The position numbers were made by a program, and so were the translations under genes. From Oopsacas minuta (taxonomy: Eukaryota; Animalia; Porifera), in assembly GCA_024704765.1 (NCBI GenBank), contig JAKMXF010000347.1:133270-197269 (forward strand): 64,000 bases of DNA. The letters run 5' to 3'. Below the pieces are notes generated by a model, which had not been told where the DNA came from, searched no databases, and saw only the letters and a program-made list of their open reading frames with translations. This document shows, piece after piece, positions 1 to 11,104 of this stretch (position 1 is the stretch's first letter; each line of letters starts with the position of its first letter).

Positions 1-434
1 CCTATGCATAGAGTCTTCATGTTACGCAGTTAGGTATTCTAAGCGCGTCATTCAGTGGGGAAAGCGGGTTAATGGACCCGCTTAACGCGTTTTGGGGGAA
101 ACACTGCCTAAAAGTATCAGCAAAAAACTCCAATTAATTATTAAACATGACGCTATGCTAGAAGATTTGAAAGTAAAATACAAAATACGTACTCACCAAC
201 CCTTTATTAAATATTCGGGGATGTTTGCTAAATTTCTGTATTTTCGAAATATCACTCGATTTCCAAGTATTACTTCCATAAATAGCAATTTCTGCTCAGT
301 ATAACTAATATTTGGGAAAAAGCACATAAATTTGCAAATATCTCCCTGGATTTCTTGTAAATCCTTGGGGTAATCCAGGGATCCCGGAAGGGTTACAAAG
401 TATGAAAAAATGCCAATATGGGTTCCCTTTGGTT

Positions 435-686
435 CAGTGGTGTAGCCAGGTCTTTGTTTACGGTAGCGCGCAGGTGTGCGAGCAATGATGAACTGTATTA
501 CGTTATTATGTATTTTTGTCAGGGAACTCTAGAAAGTGAATAATTATATCATAGATAGTCTCAAATCTAAACAGTGCTGTCTGAAACCATTCAGATATTA
601 AATATATTTAATATCTGTTACCATTTTCAGCTTACATTAATTTGTCTGAACAAGTTCAGATGCGCATCACCTTGGCTACGCCTCTG
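435..686. mobile_element. hAT-type MITE (252 bp) with 8-bp target-site duplication
   Basis: TIRs CAGTGGTGTAGCCAGG (435-450) / CTTGGCTACGCCTCTG (671-686); identical 8-bp flanks CTTTGGTT at 427-434 and 687-694; no coding capacity. Confidence 0.88.
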
Positions 687-872
687 CTTTGGTTTGGTTA
701 CTAGCCTTGCACTAGAAATAATAAATATAGAAACAAAACCATTTAAGAAGAACTTACTCACAAAATCAAATAAGACATCAGAGCATGAGCAAAATTCACA
801 AAACAAATCCAATAAATATACACTAAACTAATCGAGCACTAGAAAATAATAAATAAAATATGAATCACACCC

Positions 873-3800
873 TCATAACATTCCACCTTTGTTACAGTGA
901 ATAGCGTATAACGTGTCTAGGAATGTAGCAATAGACCAAGCTTGTGTAGGACAAGATGACTCACAATTTATTCCATTCTCATTAGTGAGTTCAGGTAATC
1001 CCTTCCATTCTGAGTTAAGCAAACAATCATAAACTCTACTGAGTACTTCATAGACTGAACTAACAATATCTTCTCGGCTACAGAAAGTAAGCACTGCCTG
1101 TAGGTAAAAACCAGTCAACCACAACCATTCAGGTCCTTGATGGTAATTGAATCCGAAAGCAGTATTGTAATCATCTGAATCATTCATAAGGTAATTCCCT
1201 CTGTAAGCCCAGTCTTCTCTATCCAATGTACGCATGCCTAGAGGCCCCAGTAATGACTCGTTAGCTTGTTCTATTGCTAGCCTAGCATTGTCTGAGTCGA
1301 ATAGATCAGGAGCTACTACCATGGCGATAGGGAAATTAGGTCTTAACTGATAATCCGTCCATTTCTGACTAGCTCCCAGTGTGTCTTTGTAAATACCTGT
1401 TTTATGAATATAATCCTTATTTTCACCTTCTTTCTTCTTCGCTTCCTCTTTATCTTGCGGAATCCAGAATTTATCTTCAAAATTATTGCGAATCTTCTCA
1501 GCCCACACTTTGAAACTCATCGTGACTCTCTCTCCAGATAACCCTGCCCTCACTTCCACACCCTCGTAAGGATAGATGCCCTCTGCATACAAATAGCTTA
1601 ACCAAGAAACTACTGATCTACATAGAGCAACTAACTCTATTGCTGATCCATCTCTTGGTGTAGCAGGTTTCCCTTTATTCCCAGCTTGTTCAGAACTTCC
1701 CATCTTATCCATCCAAGTACCACAATTATATTCACTTCCTCCACACACAAAACCTGTATTTAAATCAACATAAGCTTCAATGTGAAACCCTTCATCTGTC
1801 ATATCCCTGTCTAACTCTACTCCAGCATTCCTCTCTTTGAAGTGAATGCCATCACAATGACGTGATAATATCTCCTGGATAATTTCAATCAAGGTTTCTT
1901 CCTTAGTTTCACCAAAAGCTTCAGAATCATCATCAACAAACACACGAGTAATCTTCTCCTTTAGAATATCATTATCACCAGTGTATTTAGTCAAATACCT
2001 TATGGACTCGATGAACCACCAAGGAGCATCTCTACAATTGTATCTAGACCTTTCTCCTGCACCTAACAGATTAGGAATCATACCATGTCGTATTGTACTA
2101 GCATAGGATAAGATATGCTGTCTAGCTTCTGCCACACGTCCTGTTACTATGAGGATACCTCTTAGTGATATGAAAGTGTCTCTACCCCAGCAACGCATAT
2201 TTCCGGTTGTGAAGTGAGGCAGACCAGCTGCTAAAGATCCAGTTGGAATCTCTGACGCATTCTTAGTGTTATGTATAGGGAGAGGAGCTGATTTGCAATC
2301 TGATACAAGTTGAACTGAGCATAGTGCTAGATTCCGCACTAAAGAATTTCCCTCTTGTACGAATGGTGAAAAGAGTTTCAAACAATGAGATATAATCATG
2401 CCATACAGCGAGGATATTATCAGATCGAAGTAAGAAGGTTTCAAACTACGAGGAATCTTATCTAACTGAATACAGCTATTCAGAAGAATTTTAGATATTG
2501 CTGCTAGAGAAGACCTTCTCTTTAACCTCTTAGCTATAAACTCTAGCATCCAATTACCATCTCTGATATTGTTACAGAGGGGATGTCCTAGCTCATTTGT
2601 CCGTCTGATATTATCTAGAATACTAACAACCCCCTGTAACCCTGCATACACGGTCTTACCGTAACCGGGGATTTCATACAAATCTCCTCCCAACTCCATC
2701 TCCTCAGCTTCTGAATGGTACAGTAAGAAGTTAAAATCTAACAGACTTAGCTTGCTAAGTTCACTATCAAACGTGTTTCTAGCATTCATGCCTTCCACAT
2801 ACTGTGCCCTAGCAACACGATTGAGTTGTTGGAATGCAGCTAGGCCTCTCAGCCCATTTGCTGCACTAATAGCCTCCTGTCTAGGTTTGATTGACATTAT
2901 TATGACAGCTCCAGGAGGGAAATCAACAAACTCAATCTTAACCTGAGGATCACCAAGCTTAGCTATTACTTTAACTAATTTGCTACGGTTTTGATTTATA
3001 TTAGATTGAATGAATGGAATATACCCACTCAATCCATTGATATTATCTTTATCTTTTTCGTAGCTAATACTCGTATCTTGCTTTATGAATGCTTCCAGAA
3101 CAATATCAGCTACCTGTCCTTCTAATGTTAGTGAGGGAATTGGGAATTGTTTGTGTTTATCTTGTTTAGTAGGTTTGTATTGAGCTTCAGGCTCTGAGAA
3201 ACAAGTATGTGTTATGAGTATGTAAGAGTCTAATGTATTAGGATTATGTCTGGTTACAGACAGTACTGTATCAGTTAAGGAATCTATGTACATCTCAGTG
3301 TAACCTTCTGACACCATGCTAGAATGGAGTCTATTTAACTCACGCTTAATTTTGAATATTCCAAAACTAAACTCATCCTCTTTATAATTTGAATAGAGTC
3401 TCTTCTCCCTGACAATATGGATATGATGTGGAATTAACTCGTCATAACCTCGACAGCTACCAGTAGGACATGTTGACATAGATATAATCGCGGTTGTTGG
3501 CACTACATCAAACACAGTATGTTTCTCTATTATATTCTCATTATCATGAGTGACGTCATAGAAAATTGCTAATGGAGTATCACCCTTAGAAGGTAATGTA
3601 ATCTGTTGGAGCATAGAACCAATAAATAATTCTCCACCAAATTTGTATATATGTGAACATAAGTCATACGGACGATATGTATGTATTGCTTCACGGATAA
3701 GCAGGTTAAGTCCCATACGGTTAATGAACAGACTATCTTTCTCTAGAGAATTGGTGAACAATTCAGCTATCACTAGCAAGTTAGGGTTAACTAACCTAGC

Positions 3801-5513
3801 TTCATCTAAGTAATATTCTGCTACATGGATAGGTGTATTGTGACAATTGTCAATACGAAACCCATCAAACATCCTAGCCATTAGGATAGTGTAGTGTCTC
3901 ATGTATTCCCATAACCATGGATTGTCTGCAGGTTTGTCTCCGTAATTCAGTTTACACGAATCTCCCCATACTTCAACATCTCTACGTAGATATACGTTGG
4001 ATTCAGGTCCTGCTATGTTTAAGACGGGATTCCAATCGATTACATAACCATTGTGGATTAACACTTTTTTAGCTTGCTCCTTATCTTCTATCTGCTCATC
4101 AGTTAGCCATATGTGTCCATCAAGATGAAAGAAGTACTCAGGAGTAATTGGTGTATCCTCAGATATATATGTTAGGCTAGGTCCTGATTTATCAAGAAAT
4201 CTCCAGTCAAATCTATTCATACTAGCAGTAATAGAATCATTTAAGTAATTCTCCATTGAGTGCTGAGATTCTGCATTCATTTGTAACAGAGATTTCTTGA
4301 AATTAGCTAAACAGCTCTCAATCTTCCCAGCAGATGAAGAATTGTCTAATCCCCCAAAGAATATCTGCAGAGCTAAATCTTCATCTATCCAGGCTGCATG
4401 TCTAACAAATGTCTTATTAATTGGGTATAGCTTATCTTTACTTTCTCCAATCTTACTATACTCTGTAGTCTGTAGCTTATCATATACTGATGTGTATACC
4501 TTGTCTACATCTACTTGTAAATACTCCTCCAGTTTAGTTCTCTCTGGTAGCAACTTAGTCAAGAGCTTTTCAAGACTGTTCTTGTATCCTTGCGCGTCAT
4601 CCTTCGATACCACTCTCGTCACCCCATATGTATCCTCATGTGATGCTATTCCTATCTCTTTGGACAAGTTGGCTAGCTCTCTATCAACTACATAAGCAGG
4701 GATTAGATGTAGAGAATTGCATAAGTTGTAACCAGCATCTGGATGATCTCGTAGCCAGACACAATCGTATGAGCAATGATTCCAAACTAAATCTGTAACT
4801 CGCATCAGTCCCCATTCAGAAGACACATTCCTAAGCGCCTCTTCCAGCACCATGTGTCCCTTATCAATTTCATACGAGAAATCACTACAAATAGTATTAT
4901 CTATTTTAATGTTAGCGCTACCAGACAATTTGGCCTGAACCTCAGGAGATATAATGTTTGGATGTAATTTCAAATGATCCTTGATTGAATAAGCTGAATC
5001 AGAGTTTCCTCTCTCCTGTACTGGTGTCAGGTGTATAGCATTGTAATTACAGTACTTAGACAAGCATAGTCGTGGTTTCCAGTCTTCTAACGTGCCGAGA
5101 CACCTGACTATATACGTCTGTAGTGTAATTGAATTGATGGGAATATTCGTTTTAGGTTCTACAATAAAGTAACCTTTCTTCTCGATAGAAATTCCCTCTA
5201 CACTTATCCATGTGTATAGAAAACAAAACGTTCCTGGCTTGTCAACATTTATTGATATACTCCTATCTGGATCAAATTCTTTGAAAGTTTTCTGAGTACT
5301 CATCCATGGTACATCATAGTACTTCTCTCTTGAGAATGTTGTAGAATCGGAATTTACAGGATAGTTAGTAGAAAAGTGTATCTGTCTAGCTATTAACAGA
5401 GGATGGAGTTTGAATATTAATTCACAGCCATATTTACAATTGTAAAAGTTAGATTCTAGGCTCTCTGAGGCTGGAGGTAATCGGATCTCTTTCTGGTATC
5501 TGATTTGTGACAT
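873..5513 (-). CDS. AGL: Glycogen debranching enzyme (4-alpha-glucanotransferase / amylo-1,6-glucosidase), single exon, 1546 aa
   Basis: Uninterrupted ORF with GCCACCATG start. Transferase motifs FDGFRIDNCH, AELF and DVTHDN; glucosidase motifs CWGRDTFISLRG, GTWMDKMG and GLPEL; GDE C-terminal QAWS motif. Confidence 0.97.
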   Translation of the reverse strand: MSQIRYQKEIRLPPASESLESNFYNCKYGCELIFKLHPLLIARQIHFSTNYPVNSDSTTFSREKYYDVPWMSTQKTFKEFDPDRSISINVDKPGTFCFLYTWISVEGISIEKKGYFIVEPKTNIPINSITLQTYIVRCLGTLEDWKPRLCLSKYCNYNAIHLTPVQERGNSDSAYSIKDHLKLHPNIISPEVQAKLSGSANIKIDNTICSDFSYEIDKGHMVLEEALRNVSSEWGLMRVTDLVWNHCSYDCVWLRDHPDAGYNLCNSLHLIPAYVVDRELANLSKEIGIASHEDTYGVTRVVSKDDAQGYKNSLEKLLTKLLPERTKLEEYLQVDVDKVYTSVYDKLQTTEYSKIGESKDKLYPINKTFVRHAAWIDEDLALQIFFGGLDNSSSAGKIESCLANFKKSLLQMNAESQHSMENYLNDSITASMNRFDWRFLDKSGPSLTYISEDTPITPEYFFHLDGHIWLTDEQIEDKEQAKKVLIHNGYVIDWNPVLNIAGPESNVYLRRDVEVWGDSCKLNYGDKPADNPWLWEYMRHYTILMARMFDGFRIDNCHNTPIHVAEYYLDEARLVNPNLLVIAELFTNSLEKDSLFINRMGLNLLIREAIHTYRPYDLCSHIYKFGGELFIGSMLQQITLPSKGDTPLAIFYDVTHDNENIIEKHTVFDVVPTTAIISMSTCPTGSCRGYDELIPHHIHIVREKRLYSNYKEDEFSFGIFKIKRELNRLHSSMVSEGYTEMYIDSLTDTVLSVTRHNPNTLDSYILITHTCFSEPEAQYKPTKQDKHKQFPIPSLTLEGQVADIVLEAFIKQDTSISYEKDKDNINGLSGYIPFIQSNINQNRSKLVKVIAKLGDPQVKIEFVDFPPGAVIIMSIKPRQEAISAANGLRGLAAFQQLNRVARAQYVEGMNARNTFDSELSKLSLLDFNFLLYHSEAEEMELGGDLYEIPGYGKTVYAGLQGVVSILDNIRRTNELGHPLCNNIRDGNWMLEFIAKRLKRRSSLAAISKILLNSCIQLDKIPRSLKPSYFDLIISSLYGMIISHCLKLFSPFVQEGNSLVRNLALCSVQLVSDCKSAPLPIHNTKNASEIPTGSLAAGLPHFTTGNMRCWGRDTFISLRGILIVTGRVAEARQHILSYASTIRHGMIPNLLGAGERSRYNCRDAPWWFIESIRYLTKYTGDNDILKEKITRVFVDDDSEAFGETKEETLIEIIQEILSRHCDGIHFKERNAGVELDRDMTDEGFHIEAYVDLNTGFVCGGSEYNCGTWMDKMGSSEQAGNKGKPATPRDGSAIELVALCRSVVSWLSYLYAEGIYPYEGVEVRAGLSGERVTMSFKVWAEKIRNNFEDKFWIPQDKEEAKKKEGENKDYIHKTGIYKDTLGASQKWTDYQLRPNFPIAMVVAPDLFDSDNARLAIEQANESLLGPLGMRTLDREDWAYRGNYLMNDSDDYNTAFGFNYHQGPEWLWLTGFYLQAVLTFCSREDIVSSVYEVLSRVYDCLLNSEWKGLPELTNENGINCESSCPTQAWSIATFLDTLYAIHCNKGGML

Positions 5514-5750
5514 GGTGGCAAAGCTCTATTGATTGTCTAGACTTATATTTGAACCAGGTAAAATATGATAAATAAAATACCTATGTATAATTCTTGTAAA
5601 AATTACCATTAATAATAGGAAGTAGAGAGAAATATTAAAATGTTATTAATAATCAAGGGCGTAGATCATAAGCGCAACTATCCTCCCAGTATGGGTAAGT
5701 TAATAATTCATAAATCGCATGGACATTTCTTCTGAGTTTTGAACCTGTTA

Positions 5751-7028
5751 TCAGAAAAATTGAACACAATGATCAGGATTTGTAGAAGCAACTACTATTC
5801 TTCCTTCTGAATCTAGTGCAATTCCACGCGGTGCAATAAACTTACCAGAGGATACGCCTTCCTCCCCGAATTTGTGAATTTCTCTCCCATCTTTGGTAAA
5901 TATGAGCACCTGACAAGTTTTGAAATCCGTAAGTAAAATGTTTGAGAGGATGTCTAGACAGAAATGGACTGGCTTACCAACTTGACTTCCTTCAATTCCA
6001 AATGATATAATCTCTCTTATCAGCTGATTATCGTAGTTATATACACGGAAACAAGGATTATGCCTATCAAGAATAAATATCTCTTTCTTGGATACTTTTA
6101 CATCTACAGGTTTGATTAATCCAGGAATAAACGAATTGAAAGATAGGTCAGAGTTCAATACTTGAACTCTGTCATTCTCTCTCTCACAAATATACAAAGT
6201 GTAATTGTCCTCTGAGTAACAAATTCCTAAAGGACTCCTGAATTGCAATTCATGATTCCCTTCCATTCCAAATGATTCAATAAATTTACCATCAGTATCC
6301 GTATACATAGTAATAACGTGACCAGTAAATTGTGTGACATACACTCGATTGTTATGAAAACATATACCAGCTGGGTAATTCATTTGATCTGACAAAGTAT
6401 ATAGGAATTTACAAGAGCTATTAAACACCTGAATACGGTTGTTAAGAGCATCGCTTATGTATATATTGCGTGTAAGGGGATATATTGCAACTGCAGTGGG
6501 GCTTTTGAACTTTCTAGGCTGAGTAGATGTATTTGGTTTGTATTTACATGCTACATGTACAGGTTTGCTTTTTTCGTGATAACCTAAGTTAGGTTTGGAC
6601 AGTACGATTAATTTCTCATCATCTTCTTGATATCGTGAGGGTATCGTGATGGTGCCAAGGACTTTTATCAAATATTCCAATTCTCTTTCATCACCCCAGC
6701 TGATTTTAATATATTCTTCTCTTTCTTCCAGTTCTGTCAGTTTAGCATCAAGAGGAGCTAGCATTGCAAATAGAATGTCCTTATTTTCATTTCCTTTAAT
6801 AGAGGCATTTAACTGATCTTTTGTAGTTAAAAGCTCTTTCCTCTGTTTGATCTCTCTAAGATATTGCGGTTTGCAAGTATCTTCAATCTCTCGCAGCTGA
6901 CGTAACAAAACTTCTTCCCTCTCCTGGAGAAGTATATGAGCTCGAGAGAACTTATCTCTCACTTCAATGCGAATAGATTCTACCTGGGAGAAAAGTCCGT
7001 ATGATTCTTGTTCTCTTACCTCGGCCAT
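5751..7028 (-). CDS. Coiled-coil + NHL-repeat beta-propeller protein (TRIM-NHL-like, lacking RING/B-box), ~425 aa
   Basis: N-terminal heptad-rich helix (FSRAHILLQEREEVLLRQL) followed by NHL repeats (FKSPTAVAI..IYISDALNNRIQVF, YPAGI, FRSPLGI..ERENDRVQVL, FIAPRGIALDSEGRIVV). ATG at 7028 (MAEVRE) preferred over the ORF-track start 7064. Confidence 0.88.
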   Translation of the reverse strand: MAEVREQESYGLFSQVESIRIEVRDKFSRAHILLQEREEVLLRQLREIEDTCKPQYLREIKQRKELLTTKDQLNASIKGNENKDILFAMLAPLDAKLTELEEREEYIKISWGDERELEYLIKVLGTITIPSRYQEDDEKLIVLSKPNLGYHEKSKPVHVACKYKPNTSTQPRKFKSPTAVAIYPLTRNIYISDALNNRIQVFNSSCKFLYTLSDQMNYPAGICFHNNRVYVTQFTGHVITMYTDTDGKFIESFGMEGNHELQFRSPLGICYSEDNYTLYICERENDRVQVLNSDLSFNSFIPGLIKPVDVKVSKKEIFILDRHNPCFRVYNYDNQLIREIISFGIEGSQVGKPVHFCLDILSNILLTDFKTCQVLIFTKDGREIHKFGEEGVSSGKFIAPRGIALDSEGRIVVASTNPDHCVQFF

Positions 7029-7206
7029 TGTACAAATAGTTTTAATTAAACTAGATACACACAATACTTATTTCATTTAATAATGTAAGTTAAGAACACT
7101 ATATCTACAGAATATATGTATCATATAGCTGTCATGCTTATGGGTTAATTGTTCTTATATCATTTAATATGGCATAAATAAACAATTTAATTGATCTGTA
7201 GAGTAC

Positions 7207-7686
7207 TAGTATTGTTGTATGACAGAATAACTGCCTTGTATTAGTATAACCATGGATATTTATCCATGACAGTTCAACTACTGTTTTATTATGACTTCCC
7301 AACAATTTCAGTTCTAATATCAAGATTAGGCTTAGATTCCTTATTTTAAAATTCGTAACCATACATACTACTGCACTTCTCATACAATTTCCAGTCCAGG
7401 TAATAATATTTTAATGGATGAGTTTGAGAGTTAAGGGAGAGATACTGTAGTACAGTGGAGTGTCCCAAAACGAACACTCTGAAAAGCAGACAACCCCTCC
7501 ACAACGGACAAAGTCTTGTCCCGAACGTGTCCGTAATTCGGAGATTAAATAAGGAATCTAAGCCTAATCTTGATATTGGAACTGAAATTGTTGGGAAGTC
7601 ATAATAAAACAGTAGTTGAACTGTCATGTATAAATATCCATGGTTATACTAATACAAGGTAGTTATTCTGTCATACAACAGTACTA
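7207..7686. repeat. Long inverted repeat (foldback): 140-bp arms 7207-7346 and 7547-7686, 200-bp spacer
   Basis: Right arm is the reverse complement of the left arm with 4 mismatches counted by eye (~97%). Confidence 0.92.
7451..7546 (+). mobile_element. 3'-truncated TACAGTGG-type (Tc1/pogo-derived) MITE inside the foldback spacer
   Basis: Begins TACAGTGGAGTGTCCC and ends ...TCGGAGATT where the matching CCACTGTA terminus is missing, exactly at the start of the right arm. Family assignment is by recalled resemblance. Confidence 0.55.
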
Positions 7687-8012
7687 ACCCAAAGTAGTAA
7701 TACCTGTGTATAACTGATATGATATATATATGCCAGCTGATGGATCCTGAGTATGTTTGAACCTAATCTCCCGCGTGTTTTGTCATCTCCTCGGGACCAT
7801 CATTCCACTAAGTTTGATAGTAATTTACGCCAGAAATATAAAGTTAACGATTAATATGTAATAAATAATAAAAACGACTTTACAATGTTAATGGCATAGT
7901 TTAAAGTACAAAATGAAGAGTTAGTGAGTATCAGGGAAAGAACAAGTATATACAAAAGGGAAATAATTGAGGTAGAGATGAGAAATAGAGAGAGAAAGGG
8001 TTAAAATTGAAG

Positions 8013-10400
8013 TCAAAGCCATCTTCCAAGAGTTGCATATCCAATTCGAGATTTATTGAGTTGATCACTTTTGTCTAACTTCTTAAAACCAATATTTAAG
8101 TAAAATTCAAATAACTCAAATTTCTCTTCATTAACATCTACGTGAATACCTTTTGACCCTTTTGCCTTTAAAACTGAAATGATACAACGTACCATTCTGG
8201 TTAGAATGCTCTTACCACGATCACGAGTTGTTAATTCAACATGGAAGTGAGATGGAAAATCCTTCAGAATAGATGACGTCATATCTATTTTAGTTTGATG
8301 GAGAGAACCAAGTAATTGTGATTCAGAATTGAGTTCAGTATCATCGTTAGGACAGGGATATTTCTTACGTATCCTAGGCAACCAAGTTTCCATTAGGAAT
8401 GTATAGAATTCAGTTGAATCACTGGTTGCCATGATATACCCACAAACTCCCCAATTATCCTCTGCTACGAAGCAGAGATTGGGAGAAAACTCGAGATATG
8501 AATTTACCCGGATATCAGTAATAATGTCTGGGAAGGTTTGGAAAGATTCTGTTTCATTTTGTTCTGACTTAAGACAAACGGAGAAGAGACTTGATTTATC
8601 TCCTTCCTGATAAGGCCGTATAGTTATAATCTCCATACAGCTGTGAGGTATATTCTTGTAAGAATATAGCTCTGTCGAGTGTTCCACGTGGGGTAGGAGT
8701 CTTTGTATGTCTCCGGTAAGACCGCCTCCGGATAGACAAGAAGGGTCCTTAGGAAGATAGCTAGAAGATTTAAGATCGTCTTTAGCTTGTGCTAACCACT
8801 TTAAAAATGAGTCAAACAATAATACAGCCTCCTTACAGTCCCACAAGTAAGGATGTATCTGTCTAAACAGCTCTCTATTAGGTATCTGTACTAGTCTAAT
8901 AGCTAGCTGAACAACACGCTCACTAATTCTATGAAAGTTTTCAACTCTCTCTAACCATATCTTATCCATTCCTAGCTCTTTATCTTCTGTATCTGTGTGA
9001 TGAGATTGATGCATCTTATAACCGTACTCTTTCAGCCATACAGCTTCTTGTAGTAAGTCTTCAGCTGCAGGACCGTGCTCACCCGGTAGATAGAATAAGT
9101 CACAGAGTAGAGATAGATCCTCTACACTCAATTTACCTTCGTATTTACGATACTTCTCAGAAACTGGTTTCAGAACTCTCTCACACTCCATCTCTACTTC
9201 TCCACTAGAAGTCGCTAACTCTGTGTCCATTGTATTCAGACCTGCCGTTAGCGGAGATTCGTAGAAGTAAGGTATCCAATCACTCAGTGCTGTCACCATT
9301 ACCTTACGTGGTTCATAGATTATACTAGATTTCGATTCGTCTACTGAAATAACCTCCATATCTTGTGGAGTATCAGCTTTCATGATATCAGCTGTTTTGG
9401 CAGTCACTGGTATTATTGTATCTTTCAAATCCAGGTCGCCAGGTGGCGTACCAATCTCCGTATCTTTCAAACCAAGGCTTGACAGGTCGACAGGTGACGT
9501 ATCAATCTCCATTGAATCAGCCTGTAGAGAAGCTTCATACACTTTCTGGTAATAACTACAATAAGCACCAAGTGTGTATAATGGTACATAGTTCATCTCA
9601 AACTCGTTGTTAGGGTTTGACAGTATCCCAGAGAGATGAGCTAGTAATCTGGTTGATCTACCCGTATACGGACCAAGATACAGTCTCCTCTGGTCATAGT
9701 CATTAGCATGTAGGTTGTCCCATATAACAGGCCGGCGTCTAATAACTTTAATTAATTTCTTTATAGATTTGGTGGAGATTCGATTAGAAATTACTCTATT
9801 GCCAGTCCACATAACTCGTATATTTGAGTGTAGTTTCTCTCCAATTACATTAAGATAGACACTCCCATTCAATTCTGGGCCGATATGAGAACCACAGTAC
9901 TCCGTAGGACAAAATAGAAATACTTTAGGTTCTCCTGTCTGTTGGTAAATCTCATTAGTTAGATCTGCCTGAGCTTCTGCAGGAGATGAGAATTTGAGGG
10001 AATCATCTTTACTCAGATTGGACTCAATATCATCGAATAGAATAGCAAAACTTTTTATGCCTACACTCTGTAGCTGTTGGAATTTGTCTAACAGAGATTT
10101 CCTATCAGTTAGTTTAGAGAACGATATATTGAGACCTGGCGAGATTGCGTATATGAAATCTACATTATTATTATTAGCAGCAATTCGTAGATCTTTGAAA
10201 TTATCCAATTCTAACTGAGTGTAGGGTTCTCTCCAATCTGCTCTGTGTTTTGTATCATCTTTTGGAGCATACATGTAGTACTGTAAATGCCAATGGTACA
10301 TTCTTTGGAACAGACAAATCCGCTCCTCCTTGGTCCATGGTATACCATAGAATCCCTCAACTACACCCCCTAGAAACTGGTGAGATATCTGATCGGCCAT
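8013..10400 (-). CDS. OGA: Protein O-GlcNAcase (GH84 catalytic domain + stalk + C-terminal pseudo-HAT/GNAT domain), single exon, ~795 aa
   Basis: GVVEGFYG, YMYAPKDD, catalytic ILFDDI, FCPTEY and IWDNLHANDYD motifs; C-terminal GNAT-like domain (CFVAEDNWGVCGY...FYLNIGF). ATG at 10400 (MADQ) preferred. Confidence 0.95.
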   Translation of the reverse strand: MADQISHQFLGGVVEGFYGIPWTKEERICLFQRMYHWHLQYYMYAPKDDTKHRADWREPYTQLELDNFKDLRIAANNNNVDFIYAISPGLNISFSKLTDRKSLLDKFQQLQSVGIKSFAILFDDIESNLSKDDSLKFSSPAEAQADLTNEIYQQTGEPKVFLFCPTEYCGSHIGPELNGSVYLNVIGEKLHSNIRVMWTGNRVISNRISTKSIKKLIKVIRRRPVIWDNLHANDYDQRRLYLGPYTGRSTRLLAHLSGILSNPNNEFEMNYVPLYTLGAYCSYYQKVYEASLQADSMEIDTSPVDLSSLGLKDTEIGTPPGDLDLKDTIIPVTAKTADIMKADTPQDMEVISVDESKSSIIYEPRKVMVTALSDWIPYFYESPLTAGLNTMDTELATSSGEVEMECERVLKPVSEKYRKYEGKLSVEDLSLLCDLFYLPGEHGPAAEDLLQEAVWLKEYGYKMHQSHHTDTEDKELGMDKIWLERVENFHRISERVVQLAIRLVQIPNRELFRQIHPYLWDCKEAVLLFDSFLKWLAQAKDDLKSSSYLPKDPSCLSGGGLTGDIQRLLPHVEHSTELYSYKNIPHSCMEIITIRPYQEGDKSSLFSVCLKSEQNETESFQTFPDIITDIRVNSYLEFSPNLCFVAEDNWGVCGYIMATSDSTEFYTFLMETWLPRIRKKYPCPNDDTELNSESQLLGSLHQTKIDMTSSILKDFPSHFHVELTTRDRGKSILTRMVRCIISVLKAKGSKGIHVDVNEEKFELFEFYLNIGFKKLDKSDQLNKSRIGYATLGRWL

Positions 10401-11104
10401 TCTACATAAGACTGTTCTCAAACTGTATTAGGATTCAATATTTTATGTGAATAAGTAATCCATTCTATGAACAAAATGTGTATTAATATTATACAAGAAA
10501 ACAGCTGTAACTGACTTTGTAGAACAGAAGCCTATTTTACATTATACGTAGATATCAGATTTACCTGAAAGCCATATAATTTCAAACTTATGGCAGGTTG
10601 CAACTGGTGCAAATTCTCTCACCAGGCCCGTAGGTAGCACTGTACTTATCAATCTAAAGTTGGTCCAGTTGATACCTGACCAACCGGACCGTATGCCATG
10701 CATTGCACAATCTCTGCTCAGCTCAGTATAACTGCAAAAACAGTTTGCAAAATCTAACGTATTTACTGTACAAGTAACTACTACTACTTCAGTATATAAT
10801 TAATATATGGTAACATATGGTTTACGTCAGTTTCAAAGAATATTGAAACAGATATCAGTCTGAATAATAACAGTTGATCATGTCTAGCTACCATACACAA
10901 TCTATGAATAATATACAATCAAATATAACAATACTGAATACAGATTACAGATTGCTAAAATAGTATAGTACATTCAAAGATAAAAAGAAATTAAGAAATC
11001 TGAGCAAAATAAAACAGGGCATCCGTCAATCAAGAAAATTCGTATCTAATACAAAAACGCAATCAAGCAAAAGCTACTAAAACAAACTTATAAACTAAAA
11101 AAAC

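Noticed and set aside
62-105. 8-bp-stem hairpin AAGCGGGT/ACCCGCTT as a terminator or ncRNA
   Set aside because: Short, adjacent to a hAT-like end (GGGGGAAACACTG) whose partner is probably outside the window.
92-831. Short ORFs 92-304, 574-831 and 627-812
   Set aside because: No recognisable motifs, non-ATG or weak starts, and they overlap MITE or 3'-UTR sequence.
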